Shown piece by piece: positions 43,932 to 56,719 of a stretch of DNA of 64,000 bases (its first letter is position 1; every line of letters begins with the position of its first letter). A program made the position numbers and the translations under genes. The DNA comes from the human T2T-CHM13v2.0 reference genome, Homo sapiens. The notes beneath the pieces were generated by a model. That model saw only the letters and a program-made list of their open reading frames with translations. It did not search any database and had not been told where the DNA came from. The stretch is taken from the NCBI RefSeq assembly GCF_009914755.1, contig NC_060932.1, one strand, 5' to 3'.

Positions 43932-45253
43932 AGGCTTCTTTTGCACAGGGACTGTTCCCTCAAGAGATCATCTCCTGAGGATGGTATGCAACAACTGGGG
44001 TTCTGTGGACATCTACAGCCCCCGGAGCCTTGGCTGTACCAAACTCATTGAACCAAAGGGAAAGGACCAAAGCCATAATCTAATGGGATTTTAAATACTT
44101 TTAGAATATCTATTAAGCTATCGTTCTCTGCTGAGGATCCAAAATCTAAGAGTCATTATGGGAGTTACAGACATGTGCAACATAGAGCCCATTCTTTTGA
44201 AGAGTTTGTCATCTATAGCTTCTTTGCTAGGAGCCTAATGTTGCCTTAGAGAACAGGCATCATAGTTGCTCAAAAAAAAAAAAAGAACAGTTTTTGTGTG
44301 CTGGGAATGCCATGAAATATGTAAAACATTAGGGATAGGAAGAGGATAAGGGAAAAAGTTTGCAGATTGGATAGCAGTGTTAAGAAAATTGCCAGAGAAG
44401 AAGTACTCAAAGTGGAAATAAGGAATAGTTTAAGCTTATAGGTTAGCATGGCTGAGGGAGAGGGTGCCGGCAAATGAGACTGGAAGAGTTTATAGATGGC
44501 CAGCAATGACTAAGGAGTTTACGTCTTATACTTAAAAAAACTCATAAACACAATAAGTTTAAATGAAAAAATGAATGAATGAGTGAAAAAAATAAACATC
44601 TTTTCTCTATTACCCATTAAAAAGTTATAAGTTATAGTTGAAGTTTCCCACGTACCCATTCCAGATCATATTCCCCTTCCTTCCCCAATCAGACATTCCT
44701 CTTTCTGAAATTCCATGCTTATCTTTCTCATGCAGTTTTATATGCATGTCTACAAATGTGTAGTTCATATTTCAAATTTTACATAAATTTTATTATACAG
44801 TTATTTCTATTACTAATTTTTCATAGCTTTTTTCTTATCCATGTGATATCTCTAGCTCTAGATCACTAGACAGGAGAAATTTTTAATGCCTTGGGTGTGA
44901 TATTGGTATGAGTAGGAAGATTCATCTGAAAGGGCAGTTTTGAGACAATTACTCCATTGCTTCAGTAATTTTTTTAAAGAAGTCATTTTTTTTCTCAACA
45001 CACAACAGTAGTTATTTACAAAACTTATAATTTAGACTCTTCGCATTCATAGTTTTAGAGCGTGAAGGGATTCTTGTGACCAACAAAAGCTTAGAGAAAG
45101 TAAAATCATTTCCTTTTGAACTAGGTGGACACAGATCCTGACCTTTTCCGTCCTGCTGTTTCTGAGTTGTTCAGTCAAGTTTCACAGTGTACAGATAATC
45201 TATCTTTACAGAGTCTAAGGGGAAGAAGGAAGAAAGGGAAAGTTACTATTTGA

Positions 45254-45567
<314 letters not shown>

Positions 45568-45621
45568 TGTGATCAGAATTTTAAGAAGGGCAGGAAGAAA
45601 CAAAACTATTGGTGGTCTAGA

Positions 45622-45845
45622 TTAGAGGTCACAAATTATTTTATGTAAAGGTCCAGAGAGCAAATAATTTAGGTTTTGTGGGTCATACAGTCTCTATTGT
45701 AGCCACTCGACTCTGACACAGTGTGGAAAGCAGCCACAGATAATATGTAAACAACTGGGTATAGCTGTGTTCTAATAAAACTTTATTTATAAAGATAGGC
45801 ATGGAGGTAGATTTGGATTGCTGGTTGAAGTTTGCTGATCCTTGG
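45622..45845 (+). mobile_element. MER58A (hAT-Charlie)
   Basis: 'tgtaaaggtccagagagcaaataatttaggttttgtgggtcatacagtctct...ctgtgttctaataaaactttatttataaa'. Confidence 0.85.
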
Positions 45846-45889
45846 CCTATAAAAATGTATTTCAGAGTGAGGCTGAGACAGTAGAGTCA

Positions 45890-48281
45890 AGGATTTCTGA
45901 ATGAACTTGAACTGATCGTTACCCTTTTCATGCTCCAGCTCCTGCTGTTCAATGGAATAACTAATAGTGGCCTTTGTCACATGAGTTATGTGGAGATCCA
46001 TTACCAGTGAATGACACCTAAAGTCCTTGACTACCGTAACACCAACTATCTAATTCTCTTTCTTCTCAAATTGTTTATTTTTGTTCATCAGAATTTTGAC
46101 TAAAATGCCAGCTGTGTGTAAACCAGAAATAACACTCTAAGCTCTGCAGCTGACTGAATGGATTCCCCTCTCAGCCAAAGGGATTCCGAAGAAACCTGAA
46201 AAAGTAGTTCAGGCCATGACAGGAAACAATGAGGGGATGGGGTGATCAGACATGCTTCATTATAATCTCTTCTCTTTTGGAGTTCAGACACAACTGACCA
46301 GCTTTAACGTTAAAACAGACATCCTAAGACTGACTAAACAGACTTTTTGTAGCAGTAAGATACCAACTCAAACCTGAATCTGGTATAACATCACATGACA
46401 GATAGCAGGCTCTAAAGGAAATCAAAGTATTTTACCCCAAAATATATTTTTTTGACATATTTTGGAATAGCCTTGCAAAATCACTTGTTGAGGTGGGGAA
46501 AACTGCATTCTGTAGAGAATCCCCTTTCCTTTCCAGGTCTTTTCCTGATCCAAGATTGATTTAACTAAGTGTCTGGCACCTTTTAAGATCTAATAAGAGA
46601 CATGTACCATCTATTCTCTCTCAAGCCTGGTATCTGGAGGCTTCATCTACATAACACGAAGCTTTTCTTTCTACTGACTTCAACTCTTTAGGCAAAACTT
46701 AATTCTCTCAACTGTTTGCCAATCAGGAAATCTTTGAACCCAACTATGAGCTGAAGCTCTTGCTTTGAGATGTCTCACCTTCGTGGGCCGAAGTAATGTA
46801 TATCTTATATGTGTTGATTTGTGTCTCTGTCTATAATTTCTATCTTCCAAAAATTTATAGAATCAAGCTGTAACCCACCTACCTTAAGGTCTTGTTTTCA
46901 TGACATCCTGAGGCTGGGTCACAGGTCCTCACATTTGGCTCAGAATATACCTTTTCAAATATTTTTAGAGTTTGGCTTTTTTTGTCAACATATGTATAAT
47001 ATATTTTCCTTATCAGCATACCTAAAGGAGCTATTTTACTTCTGAACATTATACAAATTAACAATTACTTTCAACAGCATAAATACATACATTAGTTTCC
47101 CCTGGGTCATATCAATTGAGATCATAATCATGGGAAATTGGTCACAATGACAATATTCTCTGGTTTATAGTCCTTTCTAGCAAAAGAGCTGGAGAAACAG
47201 CTCTACAAATGTTAATTTTTATATTTACAGAGCTCTGGGCTTGTCTGCAAGGTGCCCCTGAGTACCTATTACAATTGTCCAGTTGGCTGCCAGGTTGCCT
47301 CTTGTTTTGTTTTCTTACTCACCTCTGATAATACACCTTTTCATATTGGAGCCCTATGTCCATCTCTCCAAGAAAGCTTGGTTCAAGACCCAGAGGGACA
47401 GAATGAGAAGATAATGTGGGTAACACTAAACAGTGCTACTTTTGAAATCTTCCTTCCTCTGAACCTCTAGGCAAGGTTCTTAGATGTGGTAGGTAAACCT
47501 TAAGACCTACCCAGTGTCACAGTGGAAGGCAGTTGACACATTCAAAGGGGAGAAGAGAGTTTAATAAAGGGATTGTAATAAAATGTACAGAGGGGCAGGG
47601 TTAGGGGACCCATGAGGGATAGTATAATACCATCAGAACTAGCTCCCAAGCATGGGACTTAAAGAGCAGAGGTAGAGAGTGGTTACCAGGTCCTGGAGCA
47701 GGTAGCTCTAAGACAAAGCTGCCAGGCAGGAGCACAGATCTTCTAGAGGGGATGCAACCAATCCACGATGACCCAATAATCGGGGAGTTGCAGGCCTCCC
47801 CTTGTTACCACTGTTGAAATTTGGGTGGCTTTCATTGGTAATAAATCTATATACAATTTCATTTGGCCTCCTGTTGGCCAAATCTAAACAGAAAGCCAGA
47901 GGATAAGAAAGTTGTTGCAGTTCATACATGTCAGCTCTCTGGTGGCCCTAGGGAAGCTAACATTATGTGTATTTATGCTGTTGAAAGTAATTGTTAATTT
48001 GTATAATGTTCAGAAGTGAAATAGCTCCTTTAGGGAATATGTACTGATAAGGAAAATTCATTATACGTAGCTGGCATTTTAGTCAAAATTTTGATGAACC
48101 AGAATAAACAATTTGAGAAGAAAGAAAATTAGACAGTCAGTGTTGTGGTAGTCAAGGAATCGAGGTGCCTTTCCTTGGTAACAAATTCCCACATTGCTTC
48201 ATTTGGCCTCCTGTTTACCAAATCCAACAAGAAACCGAGACGAGAGAGAAATTTGTTGCACTTCATATCATTCAGTTTTCC
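45890..48281. repeat. Inverted duplication: left arm 45890-46116 plus 46991-47108, right arm 47945-48281
   Basis: 47038-47087 is the exact reverse complement of 47968-48017; 46046-46112 matches the reverse complement of 48070-48136 with 5 mismatches in 67 bp. Confidence 0.93.
46117..46990 (+). mobile_element. MER4-family (MER4D/E-like) solo LTR
   Basis: Starts TGTAAACCAGAAATAACACTCTAAG, ends 'agagtttggcttttttgtcaaca'; TSD tgtg/tatg. Confidence 0.85.
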
Positions 48282-48345
48282 AGAGAACAGAGCTGGGTGG
48301 ATAGGGGCAGAGAGCAGATCTCGAGAAGTAATAGAAGTCCAGCCT
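47515..48345 (-). mobile_element. Old ERVL-type LTR (LTR40/41-like), rearranged
   Basis: 'gacacattcaaagggg..gagagtttaataaaggga', end 'gggtggataggggcagagagcagatct...ccagc'. Confidence 0.55.
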
Positions 48346-48489
48346 ACCCTCCGTCTAGGTTTCCCAAAGGGTGAGCTCTTCTCTTGTCTTTTACACTCTC
48401 TGGAAAGCTAAGCAGTGTCCTCCGTTTACAGCCTTCAGCTCCTTTATTCACCATTCCACAAAGAGGTTCATCAGAAACGTATCTCAGCA

Positions 48490-48710
48490 TAGTGTTAGCA
48501 GCAAGAATTCCAAAGGCTACACGTGTATAAATCCTGGCCCTACCCTGGTCACCCTAGCTGGGTGCTTGGGCAAGTTATTTAAAGTTTCTGTGCTTCAGTT
48601 TTCTCATTTGCAATGTGAGGATAATAATTGGATCTGCCTCATGAGGTCGCCGATGATAGGTAAAGCCCTTGAAAGACTGCCTGTCACATAGCAGGCATTT
48701 ATACACAGGT
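48490..48710 (+). mobile_element. MIR
   Basis: 'cttgggcaagttatttaaagtttctgtgcttcagttttctcatttgcaatg'. Confidence 0.78.
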
Positions 48711-49089
48711 TAGCTCTCTTTTTATATCATACCCAGGCTAATATAATAGATTGCTGTTTAGATACTCACGTCATGGTAGAAAGACATTACAGTTTGGTTC
48801 TGGGATTCTTACTATATGAACCACACACTTTAATTGATACTTAGACATAAGTACAGTGGTACTCTGGTTTTATTTCTAATTCTTCTCACTTAAGATTTTC
48901 TGGAATTTTGTTTGAATCCTTTCCTTTTGCTTCATTTCTCAGACTTAGATCATGTCAATACATATTTAGCCTTCGATTGGGGCTGTTTAATTGCAGAAAT
49001 TCAGTATTTCTGTTTTCTGTGGCACATGGGCCAAACTCAGCAGTGCCCATGATGCTAAATATATACATTTTCATAGCTCTATATATTTC

Positions 49090-49352
49090 CTTCTTTTTTG
49101 AGACAGAATCTCACTCTGTCATCCAGGCTGGAGTGCATTAGCACAATCTAGCTCTCTGAAGCCTCTACCTCCTGGGCTCAGGCGATCCTCCCACCTCAGC
49201 CTTCTAAGTAGCTGGGACCATAAGCGTGTGCCACCATGCTTGGCTAATATTTTTAAATTATTTTTGTAGAGATGGGGTCTCTCTACGTTACTTAAAGGTG
49301 TGAATACCAGGAGGTGGGGATCACTTGAGGCCATTTTAGAGGCTGTCCACTA
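49090..49352 (-). mobile_element. Truncated AluJ (49090-49290) joined to an MLT1F/H 5' fragment (49288-49352)
   Basis: Alu right arm and linker, then minus-strand 'cagcctctaaaatggcctcaagtgatccccacctcctggtattcacacc'. Confidence 0.75.
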
Positions 49353-50110
49353 GAAGTAGTATAAAGTTTCATATGGATTTCCATGTCTTTTGCTGGAAGA
49401 GAACCCCTTCCAGGTTGAGTTCTACTAGAAAGAGTCCTCTGATTATTGAAAGGTAATTTCTCCATGGCTACCTCTATTTTATATTGAACAATGTCTGGCT
49501 AAATGCAGTCACCTGGGGTTCTGTTGCTTAACCTTTTTATGGTCTCTTATATGTAGGCCACAAATATAGTTTGTAAGCTATAAGTTTATAGCTTACAATG
49601 TTGGTTTTGTCAGTATTGGAAAGTTCAACAGCTCCTACAACTTAATTATCACTTCTGTAAACAACTCTGAAAGTCTTCCACAGTTTCCAAGCTCACTCTC
49701 ACTTCAGGCCATAAGTTTCAAAGGTTTAGTCAGAATCTGAAAGTGCTAAGTCCAGAATCACCTCTTCAACACGCTGTCCTTGTTAACCTCACTACCTCCA
49801 TCAGTGGCATTACCATTTCCTGATTCACTCCACGTGAAGATTCTGAAGTGACCATCAAACTGGTCTTTTTTCCCACTACCCATGACTGGTCGTCAAGTTA
49901 TATTGATTTTGGGAGCTGGGTAGTATAGTAGAAACCATCTGAGCTTTAGAAACTGGCAGGATTGGGTTAAAATCCTGGATCCATCAATTATTACTTATTA
50001 CCATTTAAGTGTTTGTGTAGGGGGTTGGGGAGCAGTGAGGGGAAACGTAATGGAAGAACAAGTTGGAAAACTTTGAATACCATCTAAGTTATAAAATATT
50101 ATGTAGTAGA

Positions 50111-50406
50111 GGACCAGGAGCCGTGGCTCACTCCTGTAATCCAAGCACTTTGGGAGGCCGAGATGGGTGGGTCATCTGAGGTCAGGAGTTCGAGACCCAC
50201 CTGGCCAACATGATGAAACCCCATCTCTACTAAAAATGAAAAAATTAGCTGGGTGTGGTGGCAGGTGCATCTAATCCCAGCTACTCTGGAGGGCTGAGGC
50301 AGAAGAATTGCTTGAACCCAGGAGGTGGACGTTGCAGTGAGCCGAGATCGCGCCATTGCACTCCAGCCTGGGCAACAAGAGCAAAACTCTGTCTCGAAAA
50401 AAAAAA
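50111..50406 (+). mobile_element. AluSq/Sp
   Basis: Full Alu with 'ggcaacaagagcaaaactc'. Confidence 0.92.
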
Positions 50407-51692
50407 TTTTATAAATATATATATAAATATATATATAAATATATATAAATATATATAAATATATATAAATATATATAAATATATATAAATATAAATATAT
50501 ATAAATATATATATAAATATATATAAATATATATATAAATATATATATAAATATATATATAAATATATATAAATATATATAAATATATATATAAATATAT
50601 ATATAAATATATATAAATATATATAAATATATATATAAATATATATAAATATATATAAATATATATATAAATATATATAAATATATATGAATATATATAA
50701 ATATATATATAAATATATATAAATATATATGAATATATATAAATATATATATAAATATATATAAATATATATGAATATATATAAATATATATATAAATAT
50801 ATATAAATATATATGAATATATATAAATATATATATAAATATATATAAATATATATGAATATATATAAATATATATAAATATATATGAATATATATAAAT
50901 ATATATATAAATATATATAAATATATATGAATATATATAAATATATATAAATATATATATAAATATATATAAATATATATAAATATATATATAAATATAT
51001 ATATAAATATATATATAAATATATATATAAATATATATAAATATGTATATAAATATATATAAATATATATAAATATATATATAAATATATATAAATATGT
51101 ATATAAATATATATAAATATGTATATAAATATATATATAAAAATATATATAAAAATATATATAAATATATATATAAATATATATATAAATATATATATAA
51201 ATATATATAAATATATATAAATATATATATAAATATATATATAAATATATATATAAATATATATATAAATATATATAAATATATATATAAATATATATAA
51301 ATATATATATAAATATAAATAAATATATATAAATATAAATAAATATATAAATATGTATATAAATATATAAATATATAAATATGTATATAAATATATATAT
51401 AAATATATAAATATGTATATAAATATATATAAATATATATAAATATGTATATAAATATATATAAATATGTATATAAATATATATATAAAAATATATATAA
51501 AAATATATATAAATATATAAATATATATATAAATATATATAAATATATAAATATATATATAAATATATATAAATATATATATAAATATATATAAATATAT
51601 ATAAATATATATATAAATATATATATAAATATATATAAAAATATATATAAATATATAAATATATAAATATATATATATAAATATATATATAT
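50407..51692. repeat. About 1.28-kb (TA)n/(ATATATATAA)n AT-rich tandem array
   Basis: 8/10/12-bp units of AAAT(AT)n; only rare G interruptions, no C. Confidence 0.97.
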
Positions 51693-52201
51693 AGTAGTGA
51701 AGAATCACTAAAATATTTTTATGAAAAAAGTATGAATCTAGAAAGCTAAAGTTGGCACAATTTTCTTTTGTCTCCCTTTCTCCCTGTCTTCCTCTCTCCC
51801 TTCCCCTTTTTCCTTCTTTCTATCTTTCCTTTCTTCCCTCCATCCTTTCTTCCTCTCTTCATGTTTGTGAAATGGAAAGAGTGAAGGAAGATTTCCAGGA
51901 TTACAGTCCTGCAAAGAATCCCTTCATTCCTTAGGGTCACTGGAGCACCGTGTGTTCCTCTACTGAGCACTCAAGCTACTTTTGGGATGCTTGTGGACAG
52001 ACTCACCTTATCTCACCCATAAACTTGGGCCCCGTAAGGGAAGTAAGAAGCTCTGTTATTAAGTGTTGAATTTCCCATGGTACTTATCACAAGGCATTTT
52101 GTGTGGTAGATGTTCCATAAATTACTGTTAAATTAGTTAATTAAGGAAAGAAAAAAATAGGAGGGCAAAATCCAGAGGCACATTGAGTTCTTGAAGGTCA
52201 G

Positions 52202-52730
52202 TATGGTGGGCAGCCTCTAAGGGGACTCCCAGTGGTCCTGCCTCCAGATATTCACGTCCTTGCGCAAGCCCCTCCCTCTGAGTGTGGGCAGGAGCTGGTG
52301 ACTGGCTTCTAACAAATACACGATGGGAAAAGTGACGGGGTATCACTTCTGAGGTTGGGTGACAAAGTGAATGTGGGTTCTTTCTTGGGCACCCTCTCTT
52401 GTTCTCTTCCTTATTGCTCAGCTTAGGAAAAGTCAGCTACCCTCTTGTGAGGCAGCCCAGAGAGAAGACCCTAGAATGAGGTACCAGGATTGGCCACATG
52501 CCCACCTCCGCATGAGTAAACTTAGAAGTAAGTGCCCTGAACTCAGTCAACCTTCCATGACTCTGCAGCCTCCAAGAGCTTGACTTCAACCTCAGCCTCC
52601 TAAGTATTGAGCCAGAGACACCCAACCAAATTACCATGTTTCCCTAACACATAGCAACAATGAGATAATACATATTTGTTGTTTTAAGATGCTAAATACT
52701 GGAGTAATTTGTCACACAGAAATAGTGAAT
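52202..52730 (+). mobile_element. MLT1F/G/H-like solo LTR
   Basis: 'ggtgggcagcctctaagg...ccctccctctgagtgtgggcagga...gtaatttgtcacacagaaatag'. Confidence 0.82.
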
Positions 52731-55700
52731 AGAGTCAGCAAAAAGAACCAACCCACTCTCACTACCATTTGTCCTTGTCTTCATTGCTAATTCTCATACT
52801 GTCAGCTTCTACATGTACCAAGCATTTTACTGGCTTTTTGGGAGTGAGGGCTGTGGGTGGTGGGGTAGAGAGAACAGAGGACCTTGTGATTCAACCAGGC
52901 AGCTTCCCAGTGACTCATGAAGGCAGTGGGTGGGAGAAAAAGCGTTGGTTTTAGCCCTTGATACCAAATTAAGAGTAGCTCCCTCAGACCACAAATTCCT
53001 CTTAGCCCCATCACCAAGACAAGGAAATAGTTGCAGTTCTTATGGGTGTCACTGAAGAGTGCACTTTGTAACCCCTGTCCTCTCCAGGGCTGTCTTCAGG
53101 GAACATCACGTAATTGCACTTGAAAGCAAGTACTGTAGGTGAAAAGCTTGGTGAGAATTGCTTAATGCCACCACTTCCCTTGCAAAACAGCCTGCTCCTG
53201 ACTATTTTCTGCTTGCATTAATGTTCCTCTGCAGCCCATGTCTGTATTCCTAATGATAGGAACCATGTCTATGGCATTCTTGGGCATGAATGCCATGAGC
53301 GATTAAGTGCGATTTTGATGTAGGGAAGCAGACCTTGGTGTAAGCAGAGAGAGCAGACTGAGAAAGCTGGCATGTGGAATGCTCACATCCACATCTTTCC
53401 TAGCTATTTAGTAGAAGCTGGCCTGCCAGGTGACCGAATTCCAGTGGTGGTGGATGCACATGCCAACTCCAAGCTCCCTGCTGGGGCCATCACTCCCATG
53501 GGAAACAGCTTACTGTATTAGCTAATGAGAGAGCCAATAGGAGATAAATACCCATTAGGCAGATTTCCTCTGGGCCCTGACCTTTCCTGCAGAAGCTGCT
53601 GCAGACCAACGGGCTGGGAGGAGGGGAGGAGGGAAGGAGATAGTGGCTGAAAATGCCTAATAAACAGGCCTGGCATCTGCAAAGAGTACCCTGTGATGCC
53701 ATGCCTTTCTAACTTGGCAAACAGAATTTGATGCTGTTTGAATTTGCAAACTAATGATAAGAAATAATTGCTAAATAGCTCAATAACTGACAGGAAATTA
53801 CCCTTGTTTCTCCATAACAATGCGACAAGACAATTCAATTAGGGCTACTGTAAATTAAAAAAAAAAAAAGTTTGTTTATAGGATTCACTTCCAACAATGA
53901 CAATAGATGAGAAAGATAGGAAGACTGGGGAGAGGAGGAGCTAGAAGGGTTTCAAACCCTCCCTGGATGCAGATGTCTGTTGACTCAGGAGGGGCAGGTA
54001 CCGTGAAAGCTGTTGGATGGAATTCTCCTTTCAGGCTGTTGAGCTGGGAGCGTCCCTCAGGATAATGTCCCATTGGACTGCTTGATGATAACAAGTGGAA
54101 GTCAGCTGCAAACCAAAGAGAGGAGTCATCCGATTTCATCCTGCCCCACCTCCCCCCAGTTGCTCTAGATGGGTGGCCCAGGGCTGCCGGGAAGAGTCCA
54201 CTGGCCCTGGGACACCAACAGTTAACTGGAGCTGAATGGCATTCCCTTTCAGCATTTGCCCAGACCCTTCTTATTAGTGCGTTGTTTCCAGATTCGAGTG
54301 TCCAGCTCCCTAGAACCATGTCTCGATCCTGGGTTTCATTTCTCAGGGACCTAGAATTAACCAAGAAAGGTTTACAGTTTTTGCTTTTTCTAGAGATGTT
54401 TGCCATCTGAAAAACAATTCTTCCAAACCAAAAATTATTTTAAACTCCAGGGAATGGAGCTCTTATGATAGAATTATTCATAGTGGTGGGGACATAATTT
54501 TGTGCAAGAAGCTCTGCAAGACCCCTTAAAGGCTCATCCTCACTCTCCAGCTGCTCTGCCCCACTGCAATGAAGAAGAGCAGTGAATCCAGGACTGGAGG
54601 AGACGAGAGAATTCTAGAGCTCACTGCAAAAGCCGTGGGTCTGAATCTCCTCAATATCTCTGAGTCTGACTCTCCCTCCTGGTACATACCCAATTCAACA
54701 ACAACGACGACAAAGTACCCTTCTAAGTTGGGCAATTCTCTTTGGGCAAAATTATCTGCAGAAATCAGAATTTATTCTTCAATCTCCCCTGACGAATTAC
54801 CCCAGTATTTAAAAGGCAGGAGAAAAATGGGTAGGCAGTACAGTTTGGGTGGGGAGATTAGCTTTTTAAGGCAAATATCTGCTCAGAATCACCCTCTGGT
54901 CCCTTAGTGCTGCGGACGTCAGATGCCAGGGGCCCTCCTCAGCCCCATGGTTCAGGGGTATCCCCCCCTACCAGTAAGACCCAGAGGTTCCAAGGAAATG
55001 AGAGGCAGGCAAGAATCTGTGCAAATGTTGTCGTATTTAATATGGTCAGGTTCCCTGGGTGATCCAGTGCACAATTTTCTTCCCCTTATAAATAAACCCA
55101 GCTGAGCGTGCGTTTGCAGCTCATCATCACTTACAGAAGCGAATGAGCATAGCAATTTATTGTTTCTTATTGCAGGAGTTTTCAGAGCAGAAAGTTAAAC
55201 TTTTATCTGCACATTCAAGTGAGGTTCCATCCATTCTCCCTTCCCACCTCCCTCCACTCCCTCCCTGCCATGTCCCCTCCTCCCCACACCAGAAAGTCAA
55301 AATCTGTAGACGAGAGGGCTCCGTTTTTCTGCCTGGGAACCCAATTACAGTTGGCTGTTGTGAAATTAACGTTCACAGCCATGAAATTATGCTATAGACG
55401 CTTTATAGAAATCACTCAATCAAACAGAGTGAAACCTTTTTTATATGGTAATCATTTCCCACCATCAAATTTCATAGGAAAGAACAGTTTGATTGAACCA
55501 CCTAGTTAAACTGTGTATGAAATTAGTCATTCTCACCATAAACAGTGTTCTGCTGCCTTCCCAGACAAAAGCTAACAGAATCAAGGTAGTAATTGGTTAG
55601 GAAACGACAGGTCCTAATTCTGCCTGAATGGTATTCCTGCTCTTTTTATCATTTAACTGGAAATCCTGAAGTCATGTGCTTCATTTTCTTCCAGAGTGGC

Positions 55701-56469
55701 CCAACCAAGTGGGCAAAAACCTAGTTGTTGAACCCTTTTCCTATTAACTAGCAATGTGACCTGTGACCATGGGCAAGTTACCAGACCTCTTCGAACCTAT
55801 GAAATCAGGAATCAGACTTGGTCTCACTTTGGTCTAAAGTAATGTTAGTTGATGGACTCTGCTTCTAATTCTGCTCCGTGAAAAGGTTTGCGGTACAGGA
55901 GCACTTGAATGAGCCTGTTCTCTCAGACCAAAGATAAAGAATAGAGTGGGAGAAAAACATAAAGATATGATGATGAAGTCAGCTCCTTCCTAATAAGCCA
56001 GTATCGTGGGTTAGTCAGTGGAAAAAATTAAAGTCTCAAAAATGAGTGATCTCTAATTTTGTATTAAAGAAACACTGAACCATTTCATATGCGTGGTATC
56101 TGCAGCCCTTTCCATTTCAAATAGCTGTTTTGATATTTATTAATTTATAATCATAAGGGTCTCCTTTCTCTCTCCTGCTGAATTTCAGTGGTTTCTCTCT
56201 GTCTCACCTGAATGTTACAAACCCTCGCCTACCCTGCTGACCACAAGGCATTTCCTGGAGAGGGTCTTAGGTTGTACCAAATCATGCATAAAAGCCTGTA
56301 ATTTTGATGTGTTAAGGATTTAGGCATAATAGCTTCTGGCTGTGAGCTTTCTTTATTTTCCTTTCAGTAGTGCTGTCAGTTAGTTTATGAAAAACTCTTA
56401 TAAATTCTGATCATGTGATCTTTGTGGGATATTCCACGTGCTTTGGTAGTGCCAGGCTTTTTATTTCTA

Positions 56470-56690
56470 TATTGTTTAATAGTTTATAAATCATTTCCAT
56501 GTGGATTATCTCATCATATATTCAAAACTATCCCATGAGGTAGATACTATGTATCAGCCCCACTATACAGGTAAGAAAGTAAAGGCCCAAGGAGCTGAAA
56601 TGGCTTTGTTGAGTCCCTCAGCTAGACAATGGCAGTGCCAGCATGAGGACGCAGGAAAGGGTAGATGTAAAGTGAGGCCTCTGGTACGCT
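56470..56690 (-). mobile_element. MIR
   Basis: 'cccatgaggtagatactatgtatcagccccactatacaggtaagaaagtaaaggccca'. Confidence 0.65.
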
Positions 56691-56719
56691 TGCCACAAAG
56701 CTTAAAATAGCAAAAATCA

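Noticed and set aside
45890-48281. Inverted arms interpreted as long TIRs of a DNA transposon
   Set aside because: Outer ends are the least similar part, no TSD or known TIR terminus is visible, and the outer module appears LTR-derived
49308-49333. Apparent plus-strand Alu snippet suggesting an Alu inversion
   Set aside because: Reads better as the MLT1 5' end on the minus strand
50281-51708. 475-aa ORF on the minus strand (poly I/Y/F/L)
   Set aside because: Translation of the AT tandem array plus antisense Alu; stop-free only because of repeat phase
53885-54907. 173-aa (-) and 112-aa (+) ORFs in unique DNA
   Set aside because: No recognisable domain, coding-like composition or exon structure; lengths are within chance expectation
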